Below, in pieces: positions 15,027 to 30,955 of a stretch of DNA of 64,000 nt. Origin of the DNA: the human T2T-CHM13v2.0 reference genome, Homo sapiens; the NCBI RefSeq assembly GCF_009914755.1, contig NC_060931.1. One strand, 5' to 3'. The position numbers and the translations under genes were made by a program. Numbering within the stretch: the stretch's first letter is position 1; every line of letters starts with the position of its first letter. The notes under the pieces were generated by a model. The model did not search any database, was not told where the DNA came from, and was given only the letters and a program-made list of their open reading frames with translations.

Positions 15027-15593
15027 TTCCACTTCCTGGCTGAAGGCCAAGCAACATAAAACCAGTGCACTAAACAAAAACACAACCTAGGACCCTCACA
15101 GAGTCCCCTCCACTCCCTTGCTACCTCTACTGGAGCAGGGGCTGGTATCCAGGACTGCAATATCTAAAGACAGATCACATCACAGAACTCTTTCTAGACA
15201 CTCGCCAGTACCATCCCAGAGCCCTGTAGCTCTGCTGGGTGGCTAGACTCAGAAGAGCAAAAACAATCACTACAGTTTGGCTCTCAGGAAGCCTATTCCT
15301 TAGGGGAAGGAGGAGAACACCACAACAAGGGAGCACTCCACAGGAAAAAAGAATCTGAACAGCAGTCCTTGAATCTCATAGTCTACCTAAATGAGAAGGA
15401 ACCAGAAAAACAATTCTGGTAATATGACAAAAGAAGGTTGTTTCACACCCCCAAAAGATCATCTCAGCTCACCAGAAATGAATCCAAATTAAGAAGAAAC
15501 CTCTGAATTGCCAGAAAAAGAATTCAGAAAGTCGATTACAAAGCTAACCAAAGAGGAACCAGATAAAGGTGAAGTCCAAAAGAAATCAAAAAC

Positions 15594-16378
15594 ATGATAC
15601 AGAATATGAAAGAAAAATTCTTCAGTGAAATAGATAGCATAAATAAAACTCAATCACAATTTCTGGAAATGAAGCATGCACTTAGAGAAATGCAAAATGC
15701 ACTGGAAAGTCTCAGCAATAGAATTGAACAAGCAGAAGAAAGAACCATAGAGCTTGAAGACAAGGCTTTTGGATTAACCCAATCCATCAAAGACAAAGGA
15801 AAAAAAAATTGACAAATGAACAAAACCTCCAGGAAGTCTGGGACTATGTTAAACATACAAACCTAAGAATAATTTGTGTTCCCAAGGAAGAAGAAAAATC
15901 TAAAAGTTTGGAAAACATATTTGAGGGAATAATTGAGGAAAACTACCCCGGCTTTACTAGAGATCTAGACATCCAAATACAAGAAACCCAAAGAACACCT
16001 GGGAAACTCATTGCTAAAAGATCATCGCCTAGGCACATAGTCATCAGGTTATCTAAAGGCAAGACAAAGGAAGGAATCTTAAGAGCTGTGAGGCAAAAGC
16101 ATCAGGTCACCTATAAAGGAAAACCTATCAGATTAACCGCAGGTTTCTCAGCAGAATCCCTACAAGCTAGAAGGGATTTGGGTCCTATTTTTAGTCTCCT
16201 TAAACAAAACAGTTATGAGCCAAGAATTTTGTATCCAGCAAAACTAAGCTCCATAAATGAAGCAAAGATACAGTCTTTTCCAGACAAACAAACACTGAGA
16301 GAATGCACAACTACCAAGCCAGCACTACAAGAACTGCAAAAAAAAAAAAAAAAAAAAAAAAAAAGCTCTAAATCTTGA
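15594..16378 (+). pseudogene. Frameshifted L1 ORF1p remnant
   Basis: 72-aa and 189-aa ORFs containing NLQEVWDYVK..NLRI, PRHIVIRL, VTYKGKPIRLTA and PRILYPAKLS. Confidence 0.9.
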
Positions 16379-16610
16379 AATATATCCTGGAAATACAAGG
16401 TTCAAGATAGAACCTCCTTACAGTATAAATCTCACAGGACCTATATAACAATAACACAATGAAAAAAAAACCCAAAGTATTTAGGCAACAAATAGCATGA
16501 TGAATAGAATAATACCTCACATCTGAATATTAAAATTGAATTTAAATGGCCTAAATGCTCCATTTAAAAGATACAGAATGGCAGAATGGATAAGAATTCA
16601 CCAAGCAAGT

Positions 16611-16665
16611 GATCACACAACTGCACTCCAGCCTGGGTGACAGAGCGAGGAAAAAAAAAAAAAAA
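16611..16665 (+). mobile_element. Ultra-short Alu 3' fragment with 19-bp TSD inside L1PB ORF2
   Basis: gatcacacaactgcactccagcctgggtgacagagcgagg plus poly(A). Flanked by aagaattcaccaa(g/c)caagt at 16592-16610 and 16666-16684. Confidence 0.92.
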
Positions 16666-19600
16666 AAGAATTCACCAACCAAGTTTCTGCTGTCTTCAGG
16701 AGACTCAACTAACACAGAAGGACTCACTTACATAAACTTAAGAGAAAGGGGTAGAAAAAGATATTCCATGCAAATGAACACCACAAGAGAGCAGGAGTAG
16801 CTATTCTTTTATCAGACAAAAGAAACTTTAAAGCAACAGCAGTTAAAAAAGACAGAGAGGGATATAATATAATGATAAAAGGACTAGTACAACAGGAAAA
16901 TATCACAATTCTAAATATATATGCACTTAACACTGGAGGTCCCAAATTTATAAAACCATTACTACTAGACCTAAGAAATGAGATAGACAGCAACACAATA
17001 ATAGTGGGGGACTTTAATATTCCACTGACAGCACTAGACAGGTCATCAAGACAGAAAGTCAACAAGGTAACGGTGGACTTAAACTATACCCTACAACAAA
17101 TGGACTTGAGATATTTACAGAACATTCTACCCAACAACTGAAGAATACACATTCTATTCATTAGCACATAAAACATTGTTCAAGGTACATCATATGATGT
17201 ACCACAAAACAAATTTCAGTAAATTTAAGAAAATGAAAATTATATCAAGTACTCTCTCTGACCACAGCGGAATAAAATGAGAAATCAACTCCAAAAGGAA
17301 CCCTCAAAACCACGCAAATACATGGAAATTAAATAACCTGCTCCTAAATGATCATTGGGTCAACAATGAAATCAAGATGGAAATAAAAAAATTATTTGAA
17401 CTGAATGATAATAGTGACAAAACCTATCAAAACCTCTGGGATACAGCAAAAGCAGAGCTAAGAGGAAGGTTTATAGCATTAAATACCTACATCAAAAAGT
17501 CTGAATGAGCATAAATAGACAATCTAAAGTCACACCTTATAAAACGGGAGTAACGAGAACTATCCAAACCCAAGCCCAACAGAAGAAAAGAAATAATCAG
17601 AGCAGAACTAAATGAAATTGAAACAAAAAAAATACAAAAGATAAATTAAACCAAAAGCTTGTTTTTGAAAAGATAAATGCAGTTGATAGACCGTTAGTGA
17701 GATTAACCAAAAAGAGAGACGATCCAAATAAGCTCAATTAGAAATGAAATGGGAGATACTACAAGTGATACCACAGAAATACAAAAGATTATTCAATGCT
17801 ACTATGAACATCTTTATGCACATAAACTGGAAATCCTACAAGAGATGAATATATTCTTGGAAATACACAACCCTCCTAGAATAAACCAGGAAGATATAGT
17901 ATCTCTGAACCGACCAATAACAAGCAGTGAGATGGAAATGATAATAAAAATATTGTCAACACACAAAAAAAGTCCAGGACCAGACTGAATCACAGCTGAA
18001 TTCTATCAGATATTCAAATAATTGGTACCAATCCTAGTGACACTATCTAAAAGATAAAGAAAGAGGGAATCCTCCTTAAATCATTCCATGAAGCCAGTAT
18101 CACCCTAACATCAAAACAAGAAAGGACATAACAAAAAAAAGAAAACTACAGACCAATAACCCTGATGAACATAGACGCAAAAATTATCAACAAAATACTG
18201 GTGAATGGAATCCAATGACATTCCAAAAAGATAATCCACCATGATCAAGTGGGTTTCATACCAGGGATGAAGGGATGATTTGACATCCAGAAATCAATAA
18301 ATGTGATACACCACATAAAGAGAATTAAAAACAAAAATCACATGATAATCTCAATAGATAAGCATTAGACAAAAATCCAGCATCCCATTATGATTAAACC
18401 CTCAGAAAAACCAGCATAGAAGGGACATATTTTAAGACAGTAAAAGCCATCTACAACAAACCCACAGCCAACATTATCCTGAATGGAGAAAAGTTGAAAG
18501 CATTCCCCCTGAGAAAAGAATGTCCATTGTCACTACTTTTATTGAACATAGTACTGGAAGCCCTTGCCAGAGCAATCAGACAAGAGAAGGAAATCAAGGC
18601 CATCCAAATCAGTAAAGAAGAAGTCAAACTGTCACTGTTTGCTGATGTGATTGTATACTTAGAAAGCCCTAAAGACTCATCCAAAAAGCTCCTAGAACTG
18701 GTAACTGAATTCAGCAAAGTTTCAGGAAACAAAATTAATGTACACAAATCAGTAGCTCTGCTATACACCAACAGTGACAAAGCTGAGATATTAATAACTC
18801 AACCCCATTTACAATAACTGCATAAATAAAATAAAATACTTTGGAATATACCTAACCAAGGACATGAAAAACTTCTACAAGAAAAACTACAAGACACTGC
18901 TGAAATAAATCATAAATAACACAAACAAACCCCATGCTCACGGGTAGAATCAATATTTTGAAAATGACCATACTGCCAATAGCAGTCTACAAACTGAATG
19001 CAATTTCCATCAGAATACCATCATCATTCTTCACAGAACTAAAAAAAAATCCAAAAATTCATATAGAACCCAAAAAGAGCCTGCATAGCCAAAAGCAAGA
19101 CTAAGCAAAAAGAACAAATCTGGAGGCATCACTTTACCTGATGTTATACTATAAGGCCCATAAAAATGGGCACATATATCAATGGAACAAAACAGAGAAC
19201 CCAGAAATAAAGCCAAATACTTACAGCCAACTGATCTTCGACAAAGCATACAAAAACATAAAGTGGAAAAGGTTACCCTACTCAACAAATGGTTCTGGGA
19301 TACCTGGCAAGCCACATGTAGAAGAATGAAACTGGATCCACATCTCTCACCTTACAAAACTCAACCCAAGATGGATCAAAGACTTAAATATAAGACCTGA
19401 AACCGTAAAGATTCTAGAAGATAACATTGTAAAAACCCTTCTAGACATTGGCTTAGGCAATGACCTCATGACGAAGAACCCAAAAGCAAATGCAACAAAA
19501 ACAAAGATAAATAGTTGGGACTTAATTAAACTAAAAAGCTTCTGCACAGCAAAAGAAATAAACAGCAGAGTTAACAGACAACCCAAAGTTTGGGAGAAAA

Positions 19601-20749
19601 TCTTCACAATCCATACACCTGACAAAGATTTAATATCCAGAATCTACAGAGATGTCAAACAAATCAGGAAGAGAAAAAAAATCCCATCAAAAACCAGGCT
19701 AAGGACATGAATAGACAATTCTCTCAAGAAGATATACAAATGGCCAACAAACATATAGAAAAAAAATGTTCAACATCACTCATTAAGAGGGAAATGCAAA
19801 CCAAAACCACAATGCGATAACACCTCACTCCTGCAAGAATGGGCATAATAAAAAAAATAGATATTGGCATAGATGTGGTAAAAAGGGAACACTTTTATAC
19901 TGTTGGTGGGAATGTAAAATAGTAAAACCACTCTGGAAAACAGTGTGGAGACACCTTAAAGAACTAAAGTAGATTTACCGTTTGATCACCAATCCCACTA
20001 CTAGGTTATCTACCCAGAGGAAAAGAAGTCATTATATGAAAAAATAATTTTGCACATGAATGTTTATAGCAGCACAATTTGCAACTGCAAAAATATGGAA
20101 CCAGCACAAATGCTCATCAACCAATGAAGGGATAAAGAAATATGGTATACCATGGAACACTACTCAGCCACGAAAAAGGAATGAAATAATGGTATTTTCA
20201 GGAACCTGGATGGAATTGGAGACTATTATTCTCAGTGAAGTAACTCAGGAATGGAAAACCAAACATCGTATGTTCTCACTTACGTGTGGGAGCTAATCTA
20301 TGAGGATGCAAAGGCATAAAAATGATACATTAGACTTTGAAGACTCAGGGGAATAGGTGGGGCGTGGTGAGGGATAAAAGACTACACATTGGCTACAGAG
20401 TACACTGCTTGGTTGATGGGTGCACCAAAATCTCTGAAATCACCATTAAAGAATTTATTCATGTAACCAAACACCTCCTGTTCAGTAAAAACCTATTGAA
20501 ATAAAAAATGAAAAATTTATAAAAATAAAAAAATTAAATATTAGAAAAGAGAAGAAAGCAAAAAATATTTTAGTGTCATATTTATGAATTAGTTGTGTGC
20601 ATCTAAAATAATGACCAATTAAAAAACAACCTTTTAAAAGACTGGTAATTATTCATTTTCAAATAATTTTAGAAAAGCTTAAAATATATATTTTACCCCT
20701 TCAATCATACATCATAACTACGTCAAAAATGGCATGAGACTTTCCTTAC

Positions 20750-20785
20750 AGTGAAATAATTGCCATATATTCTATCTTAAATTAT
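20750..20785 (-). other. Candidate 36-nt exon containing an ATG
   Basis: Minus strand tactttggttttattgcag|ATAATTTAAGATAGAATATATGGCAATTATTTCACT|gtaagg. Stops occur in all three frames before the ATG. Confidence 0.33.
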
Positions 20786-20970
20786 CTGCAATAAAACCAA
20801 AGTAATGGACAACCCTAGACCCAAAATATTTTAAATTTTATTTGGGAAAAAATGCACCCTAGATTAATTCATCATTAAGTCTTTTCTATGATACTAACTA
20901 GTATTGAATGCAATAAGGCAGATTTTCAAACAAATAGAATAATATCAATTATTATTTCTATTCTCATTTA

Positions 20971-21900
20971 ATCTGACAAAGGTCTAATATCCAGAATCTA
21001 CAAGGAACTTAAACAAATAAAGCAAAAACCAAAAAATCCAATTAAAAAATGGGCAAAGGACATCAAGAGATATGTCTCAAAAGAAGGCATACAAGCATTC
21101 AACAAGTATATGAAAAAGTGCTTAACACCACTAATGATTAGAGAAATGCAAATCAAAGCCACAGTGAAATACCATCTCATACCATTCAGAATGGTGGTAA
21201 TTAAAAAGTCAAAATATAACAAGTGCTGGTGAGACTGGGGAGAAAAGGAAACACTTATACCTTGTTGGTGGGAACATAAATTAGTTCAGTCACTGTGGAA
21301 AGCAGTTTGGACATTTCTCGAAGAACTCAAAACAGAACTACCATTCAACCCAGCAATCACACTACTAGATATATACTCAAAGGAGAATAATTCATTCTAT
21401 CAAGAAGACACATGCACTCTTACGTTCATTGCAGAACTATTCACAAGAGCAAAGACATGGAATAAACCTATGTGCCCATCAATAGTGGACTGGAAAAAGA
21501 AAATGTGATATGTATACACTATGGAATACTATGCAACTATTAAAAAAGAATGAAATCATGTCTTTTCAAATAAGATGGATGCAGTTGGAGGCCATTATCC
21601 TAAGTGAATTAGTTCAAGAACAGAAAACCAAATACCACATGTTCTCACTTACAAGTGGGAGCTAAACATTGAATACACATGAACATAAAGATGGAACAAC
21701 AGACAATGGGGACTATTAGATGGGGGATGGAGAGAGGGAGAGAAGTGTGGGCTAAAGAACTACCTGTTGGGTACTATGCTTTCTGCCCTGGTGACAGGAT
21801 CGCTCAGACCCCAAGCCTCAGCATCACGCAGTATACCCATGTAACAAACCTGCACATGTACCATTTAATCTAGAATACACTATTAAAAAAGAAAAAAGAA
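20971..21900 (+). mobile_element. Old L1PA (PA13-16-like) 3' fragment
   Basis: atctgacaaaggtctaatatccagaatctacaagg...ccccaagcctcagcatcacgcagtatacccatgtaacaaacctgcacatgtacc followed by an A-rich tail. Confidence 0.9.
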
Positions 21901-21988
21901 CAGAATAGACCAAAGACTGATTACAATGTTTATATTATTAAAAGCAAAATTTATAAGCAGATCAAAAGATATTCAAAATAACTGTCAC

Positions 21989-22848
21989 GGAAATGCAAAT
22001 CAAAACCACAGTGAGATTCTATCTCACACCCATTAGGCTGGATACAATTAAAAAAAAAATGTTAATTTCAAAAACAGAAAGTAACAAGCTTTTGCCAGAA
22101 TATAAAAAATTGGAGCCCTGCATGCCATTGATAGTAGTGTAAAAGGCAACAGTCACTGTGGAAAATACGATGGTTCCTCTAAAACAATTACTATATGATA
22201 TAGCAATTCCACTTCATAGTGTATACCCAAAAGAATTGAAAGCCATGTCTTGAAAAGATAACTGGACATCCATATTCACAGCAGCATTCTTCACAATAGC
22301 CAAAACATGGAGTCAGTGTATGTTCACCAACAGATGAAGAGATAAGCGAAATATGGTATACACATACAATAGAATATTATTCAGCTTTAAAAAGGCAATA
22401 CATTCTGATGTATGCTACAATATGGATGACCCTTGGTGACATTATGCTAAGTGAAATTAGCCAGTTAGAAAAAGACAAATTCGATATAATTGCACTTATA
22501 TGAGCTACTTATAGTAGTCAAAATCATTGAGACAGAAAGGAGAATGGTGGTTGACAGGGGATCAGGGGAGAAGGAATGGGAGTTATTGTTTAATAGGTAC
22601 TGTTTTTGTTTAATAGGTATTGTTTAATAGGTATAGTTATTGTTTAATAGGTATTGTTTAATAGGGAATGTTTAATTATCTTGTTTAATCCACTTTTAGT
22701 TTTGCAAGATGAAAAGAGTTCTGGAGATGGACGGTGAAGATGGATGTTCATTATAAATGTACATCCTCTCATTGAAATAAACAAAAATTGTCAAGATGGT
22801 ATTTTTATGATATGCATATTTTACTGCAATGGAAAAAGCAAAAAAAAG
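21989..22848 (+). mobile_element. L1MB-type 3' fragment
   Basis: ggaaatgcaaatcaaaaccacagtgaga...gtagtcaaaatcattgagacagaaagg...gttttgcaagatgaaaagagttctggagatgg. Confidence 0.85.
22581..22690. repeat. Minisatellite (core tgtttaatagg x5) inside the L1MB 3'UTR
   Basis: Core copies at 22587, 22607, 22621, 22641 and 22655. Confidence 0.9.
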
Positions 22849-25229
22849 TAATTTTAACAACTTCAAAGGGCTCATGTGAAAGATTTCTTTCTTATAACTT
22901 TATCACATTAAAATTTTACTAAATGAAAGTGTTTCCCCCTGGACAATGCTTCATTTCTCTACCCATATGTCTTATTGCTGCTTCTATTTCCATTTGTCTT
23001 CTGCTCAGTGATTGTCAGTTTCAGCTGCTTTCTCGGGTGCCCACAGTATCAGAAAAGTATCCTAGTAAAGGCTGAGAGGGAGATACAAGCTTTTTATTTA
23101 ATGTAGGGAGCTTTCCTTGATGAGTTTTCATTAAATTATTCTCCTCACTGATATAAACATTACAAATAAAATTATTTCTATATTCTTATTTTATATATTT
23201 GCCTCACTTATGTTTAAGTATCTAAAAAAAAAATCAGGAAATTCCAAGAATCTGACTGGTGCAACAAAAATATTCAGATGACATCACCTAATATTTACAG
23301 AAACAAAATAAAGGACCTACTACTATCAGTAATCTCAAACTAGACTAGCCAATTGTCGAAATTCCACAGAAGAGGCAATCTACTCTCTAAAACAGTGACA
23401 TAATGTGATAATAAATTCCTTTACTTTTGCCAAAATGGCCACTTAGTGGAAGAGAGAACATAAAGAAAATGAAAAACTACTTTATTTGACCTTCTTATGA
23501 AATCTTCCTCATTAGAGGCGTCTACTTTGTTTCAGAGAATTTTAGTGATAGGTTGCTTCTCATTAAGGGGAAATCCCTTGTGACTTAGTTAAAAACATTT
23601 GCAAAAAATTGGCAGAGATTTTATGTGCTTGAACTAATCCTCATTATTTTCTTGCTTTAAAAGTATTTCCAGTGATTTCTCTTTGTTTCTCAGAAAATAT
23701 ACTATGTATAATTATAATGAGATATACTGACTACACTGAAATGTTCTATACATTAGTCTAATGATAGCTAGTATCAGTATTAAGTGAAAAAGACAGAATA
23801 AAAACTCCATCTGTTTTTAAACATCATGAAAAAAAGTGAGCTTCTCAAATGATAATAATCTTTAAAGGCAAAAATGCATCAGAATGATTACATTGACATG
23901 CACCAAAAATGATTTTATCCAATCCAATCTACATTTCCCTTCATTCAATATTTTACTTATGTTCACGACAGTCATTCAGGGACAAATTGGATTACACTGG
24001 TCTGAACAACAGTTCACACTTTTTCTGTTCCACATCCATCTTTCCTTTGTGGCTTACTATGGTACTATATTCTCAATTAGTAGGGCACACAGCTTCTACC
24101 CATTTTAATGAGTAAGAGAAGATGGAAGATAAAAATGAGTGCACATATGCTCAGAAACAGAAACTGGAACATTGAAGAGCAGTGATTACACAAGCTGAAG
24201 GGAAAAACTTGTAACAAAATGGAAAGTTAACACTTTAGGTCTTGTTTCCCAAAACGCTAAAGCAGAGTATTTCAAGATATTAGAAATATTTCTAACTCTA
24301 AGAAATGTAGCAAAGCAATTTATAACAACTCCGAGTAATGCCAGAGAAAATGTTATGTACTAAAATATAATGAATCTATTAAATTTTACTCTAAATTAAA
24401 TTTCTTTGTTATCCATCTCAAAACTGTTACCAAACATTTAGTGAACAACTATTGTGGGTGCCAAACATAGGTTGCATGATAATAAAGAAATATTTTATCT
24501 GTTAAGAGAAACATTAATATGATACCAAGAGTTATTAATTCTGAATCTGTAATTGATAACATGAATCATATTAGGTTCCCTTTCTGATTGCCTGTTATTA
24601 ATATGTAATGAAAAAACAAAATCAATATAGTCTTATGAAGTCTCAGTTGCCTTACATGTTTAATCAGGATTTGGATCCAGACTGTCTTTTGCATTTCTTT
24701 AAGGAATACTCTAAGTTTTAAAAGCCTTTCCTTTATTACCTCTCAAGATCATTTATTTCAAAATCAAACTTTACTTAATCCCTCACTGTTACCTCTTCCC
24801 GCATCTCATACCATATTATTCCCAACATGGAGCCCAAAATCCTTTTGGAGTCTGTGCAGATTGAAACAGATATCTACTGGCTGTTATCAATATTTCAAAA
24901 AGAAAAATGTATGCATGCATTCCATATGGTCATGCAATTATATTTATTGTTTAGTTGTGAAGGAGTCTGGAATTATATTAATTCAGTGTGAGATTGTCAA
25001 ATAATAAAAACTAGCAAACTGATTAATACTTTGTTTTAAAAGAGTGGATACATTGAGTGTGGAAATTTTCTGTGAAGATAAATTGAAGTGGTAAAGAGCT
25101 GGAAAATGATACATAGTCAAATAAAGTTGTTCTTTTTTTAAAAAAAGATGGGTAATATTAATATATGATCTGCAAAGGTGGGGGAATATAAGAGAGAGGG
25201 ATGGGGATAATGTAGGCATTTGGATGAGG

Positions 25230-26040
25230 CAGGTGGACTAGACAATGTAAAGATGAAATTATTTTGACTTGTTAGATTATTTTCTCTATTTTGCGGTAAG
25301 GTCAACAGATGAATGTGGGAATGCATCTTACTAGGACTTGTAGTAGTCATGACTGTTGAAGCTGGGTGTTGACTTGAGTTTTGAAAATATAAACAAACAA
25401 TGAGGCCAGTAGCATGGTGGTGGATCGTTTTACAATGGTTTAGCTTAGGATTGAGCAAATTTCTTCTATAAAGGAACAGATAATAAAGAATTTTTGGCAT
25501 TGTGGGCCATACACGTTTTGTTCCACTATTCAACTCTGCCAATGTAATGTGAAAGTAGGCATAGATAATGCAGAAATTACTAAAAGTGGTTGTACTCCAA
25601 TAAAACTGTATTTATAATAATAGGCCGTAGTCCACTTAGTGTGCTGACTCCTGATTTAGCAGCTTGTGTGTGCAAGTGAAGGTGGAAGATACATGGATAT
25701 CAATAGTCTTTTCTTCCAGTGAGTATAACGCAATGAGAGAAGTGCAAGAAGATTAAGGGTGTTTCCAAAAGATTTAGGTAAATGTGTTGTAATATAGACT
25801 CTAAGTCAAGTAAAAAGGCAAGTGAGCACATGAGAACAATGATGGACAAGGATTCCCGGTCCCAATAGAATCAGAGAATGCTAGGAATGAGGATACCAAA
25901 CTCAAGTGAGCTGGAAAGACAGGAGGCGGAGGTGAAGGTTAGATAGGGGTGCATGAAAGGGAGATTATCCAGAGATGGGGGTAGTTATTGAGGGTAATAA
26001 GGTCCATAGGATAGGTGGTGGAAATGGCATGGACAGGAAG
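25230..26040 (-). mobile_element. L2 relic interrupted by MER58A
   Basis: Purine-rich antisense L2-like text (gtgagctggaaagacaggagg...gtagttattgagggtaataaggtc). Similar to 12220-12687. Confidence 0.5.
25446..25653 (+). mobile_element. MER58A (hAT-Charlie) MITE
   Basis: gcaaatttcttctataaagg...gggccatac...actattcaactctgcc...ccaataaaactgtattta...gctgactcctg. Degenerate 8-bp TSD gtttagct / atttagca. Confidence 0.85.
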
Positions 26041-27032
26041 ATTATTTTTAATTTAATTTTATTTTACATTCAAGGTGGTACATGTGCAAGTTTGTTGCAC
26101 ATTGTTGCATATTGATGGGGATTGGGCTTCTAGTGTATCCGTCAGCCAAGTAGTGAACAACGAAACCAATAGGTAAGGCTTCAACCATCATCCCTCTCAT
26201 ACCCTACTCCCATAAGAGTCCTCAGTATCTATTATTTCCATCTTTATATTCATGTGTACTGATTGTTTAGTTCTCACTTATAAATGAGAACATGTGGTAT
26301 TGGAATTTTTGCTTCTGAGCTATCTCACTAAGGATAAGGGCCTCCAGCTGCCTCCATGTTGCTGCAAAAGACATTATTTCATTCAATTTTATTATGAAAT
26401 TAGTATTTCATGGTGTATATATACCACATTGTTTAATCCAGTCAACCACTGATGGGCATCTTAGTTAATTCTATGATTTTATTAGTGTAACTAATGCCGC
26501 AAAAAAGATATAAATGCAGGTGTCTTTCTGATATAATGATTTCTTTTCCTGTGACTAGATACCCCCATGGTGGGATTGCTAGTTCAAATGGTAGTTCTAT
26601 TTTTAGTTCTTTGAGAAATCTCCACACTGTTTTTCATAGAGGTTGTACTAATTTACATTCCCACCACCTTGTAAAAGGGTTCCCTTTTCTCTGCAACTAC
26701 GCCAACATCTGTTGTTTTTTGACTTTGTATTATTATTTTATATAAATAAACATTCTGAATGGTATGAGATGATATCATATTGAGATTTTAATTTACATTT
26801 CTCTGATGATCTATGATGTTGAGCATTTTCATATGTTTGTTGGCCACTTGTATGTCTTCCTTTGAGAAATGTCTGTTCATGTCCTTTGCCCAGTTTGAAA
26901 CGAGGTTAATTCTTTTTGTCTTGTTGACTTGTTTGAGTTCCTCACATATTCTGGATATTAGTCCTTTGTTGCAAGCATAATTTGCAAATATTTTCTGTCA
27001 TTTTGTAGATTAAACAAATTTAATCTGTTGAT

Positions 27033-27034
<2 letters not shown>

Positions 27035-27075
<41 letters not shown>
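27035..27075. repeat. T41 homopolymer inside L1 ORF2
   Basis: Uninterrupted T run between gttgataa and gctgtgcagaagc. Confidence 0.97.
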
Positions 27076-27080
<5 letters not shown>

Positions 27081-28566
27081 GCAGAAGCTTTTGGGTTTAA
27101 TTAAGTCCCATTTATCTATTTTTGTATGTGTTGCATTTGCTTTTGGGATCTTCTTCATAAATTCTTTGCCTGGGTCAGTGTCCAGAAGAGTTTTTCCTAA
27201 GTTTTCTTCTAGGATTTTTATAATTTCAAATCTTATATTTAAGTCTTTAATTTTTAAGTATTGAGTTAGTTTTTGTAAATGGTGAGAAACAGTGGTACAG
27301 TTTCATTCTTCTTCATATGGCTAGCCAATTTTCCACACACCATTTAGTGAATAGGGTGTCATTTTCCCCTTGTTTATTTTTGTCATCTTTGACAAAGGTC
27401 AGTTATGTGTAGGTATGTGCCTTTATTTCTAGGTTTTCTATTCTGCTCCATTGATCTATGTTTCTATTTTTGTACCAGTACCATGCTGTTGATGTTCTAG
27501 TTACTACGGCCTTGTAATATAATTTGAACTCAGGGAATAAGATGCATCCAGATTTGTTCTTTTTGTTTAGGACTGCTTTGGCTATTTTGGCTCTGTTTGG
27601 GTTCCATATGAAATTTAAAACTGATATTTCTTACTCAGTGAAAAACAGTGTTGGTAATTTGATAGAAATTCATTAAATCTGTAGATGGCTATGGGCAGTA
27701 TGGTCATTTTAACGATATTGATTCTTCCATCCCATCATATGGGATATTTTTCCATTTGTTTATGTCATCTGCAATTTCTTTCTTCAGTGTTTTGTAGTTC
27801 TCCTTGTAAAGACCTTTCAGCTTCTTGGTTAAATGTATTCCTAGGTATTTTATTTTTGAGAGGGCAATTGTAAATGAGATTGAGTTTTCATTTGGTTCTC
27901 AGGTTGATCATTATTGATGTATAGCAATATTAACTATCTTTTTATGTTAATTTTGTATCTTGAAAATTTACAGAAGTCATTTGTCAAGTCCAGGAGTCTT
28001 CTGAAGGAATATTTGGGGTTTTCTAGGTATACAACTATTTCATGAAGGAACAGGGATAATTTCACTTTCTCTTTTTCAATTTGGATGCCTTTTATTTCTT
28101 TCACTTGCCTGATTGCTATAGCTAAGACTTCCAGTACTATGTTGAATAGAAGTTGTGAAAGTGGACACTTTTTTCTTGTTCTGGTTCTTAGGGAAAATGC
28201 TTTTACATTTTCCCCATTCAGTGTGATGTTGGCTGTGGATATGTCATATATGGCTCTTATTCTTTCGAGATATTTTTCTTCAATGACTGGTTTGTGGAGG
28301 GTTTTTAACAAAAAGGATGCCAAATTTTATTGAATGCTTTTTCTACATTTATTGAGATGACCATATGGTTTTTGTTTCTAATTGAGTTTATGCAGTGGGT
28401 CACATTTATTGATTTGCATGGTTGTTCATATTGTTAAACCATCTTTGCATCTCTGGAATAAAACCCAGTTGATCATGATGAATTATCTTTTTGATGTGCT
28501 ACTGGATTTACTTTGCTAGTATTTTGTTGAGGATTTTTGCATATATGTTTATCAGGGATATTGGCC

Positions 28567-30955
<2,389 letters not shown>

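Larger units (their letters stand above)
15027..20560 (+). mobile_element. L1PB (L1PB1-like), near full length, 5'UTR truncated, ORFs disrupted
   Basis: Partial 5'UTR homologous to 37091 onward. ORF1 fragments 15594-16378 and ORF2 fragments 16872-20296. 3'UTR gatgggtgcaccaaaatctc...aacctattgaaataaaaa. Confidence 0.95.

Noticed and set aside
15809-16378. 189-aa ORF as an active or domesticated L1 ORF1
   Set aside because: Only the C-terminal part of ORF1p, separated from the upstream part by a frameshift. ORF2 of the element has many stops.
22581-22690. CRISPR-like repeat-spacer pattern
   Set aside because: Eukaryotic L1 context, 11-bp cores with 3-9 nt non-unique spacers, and no cas genes.
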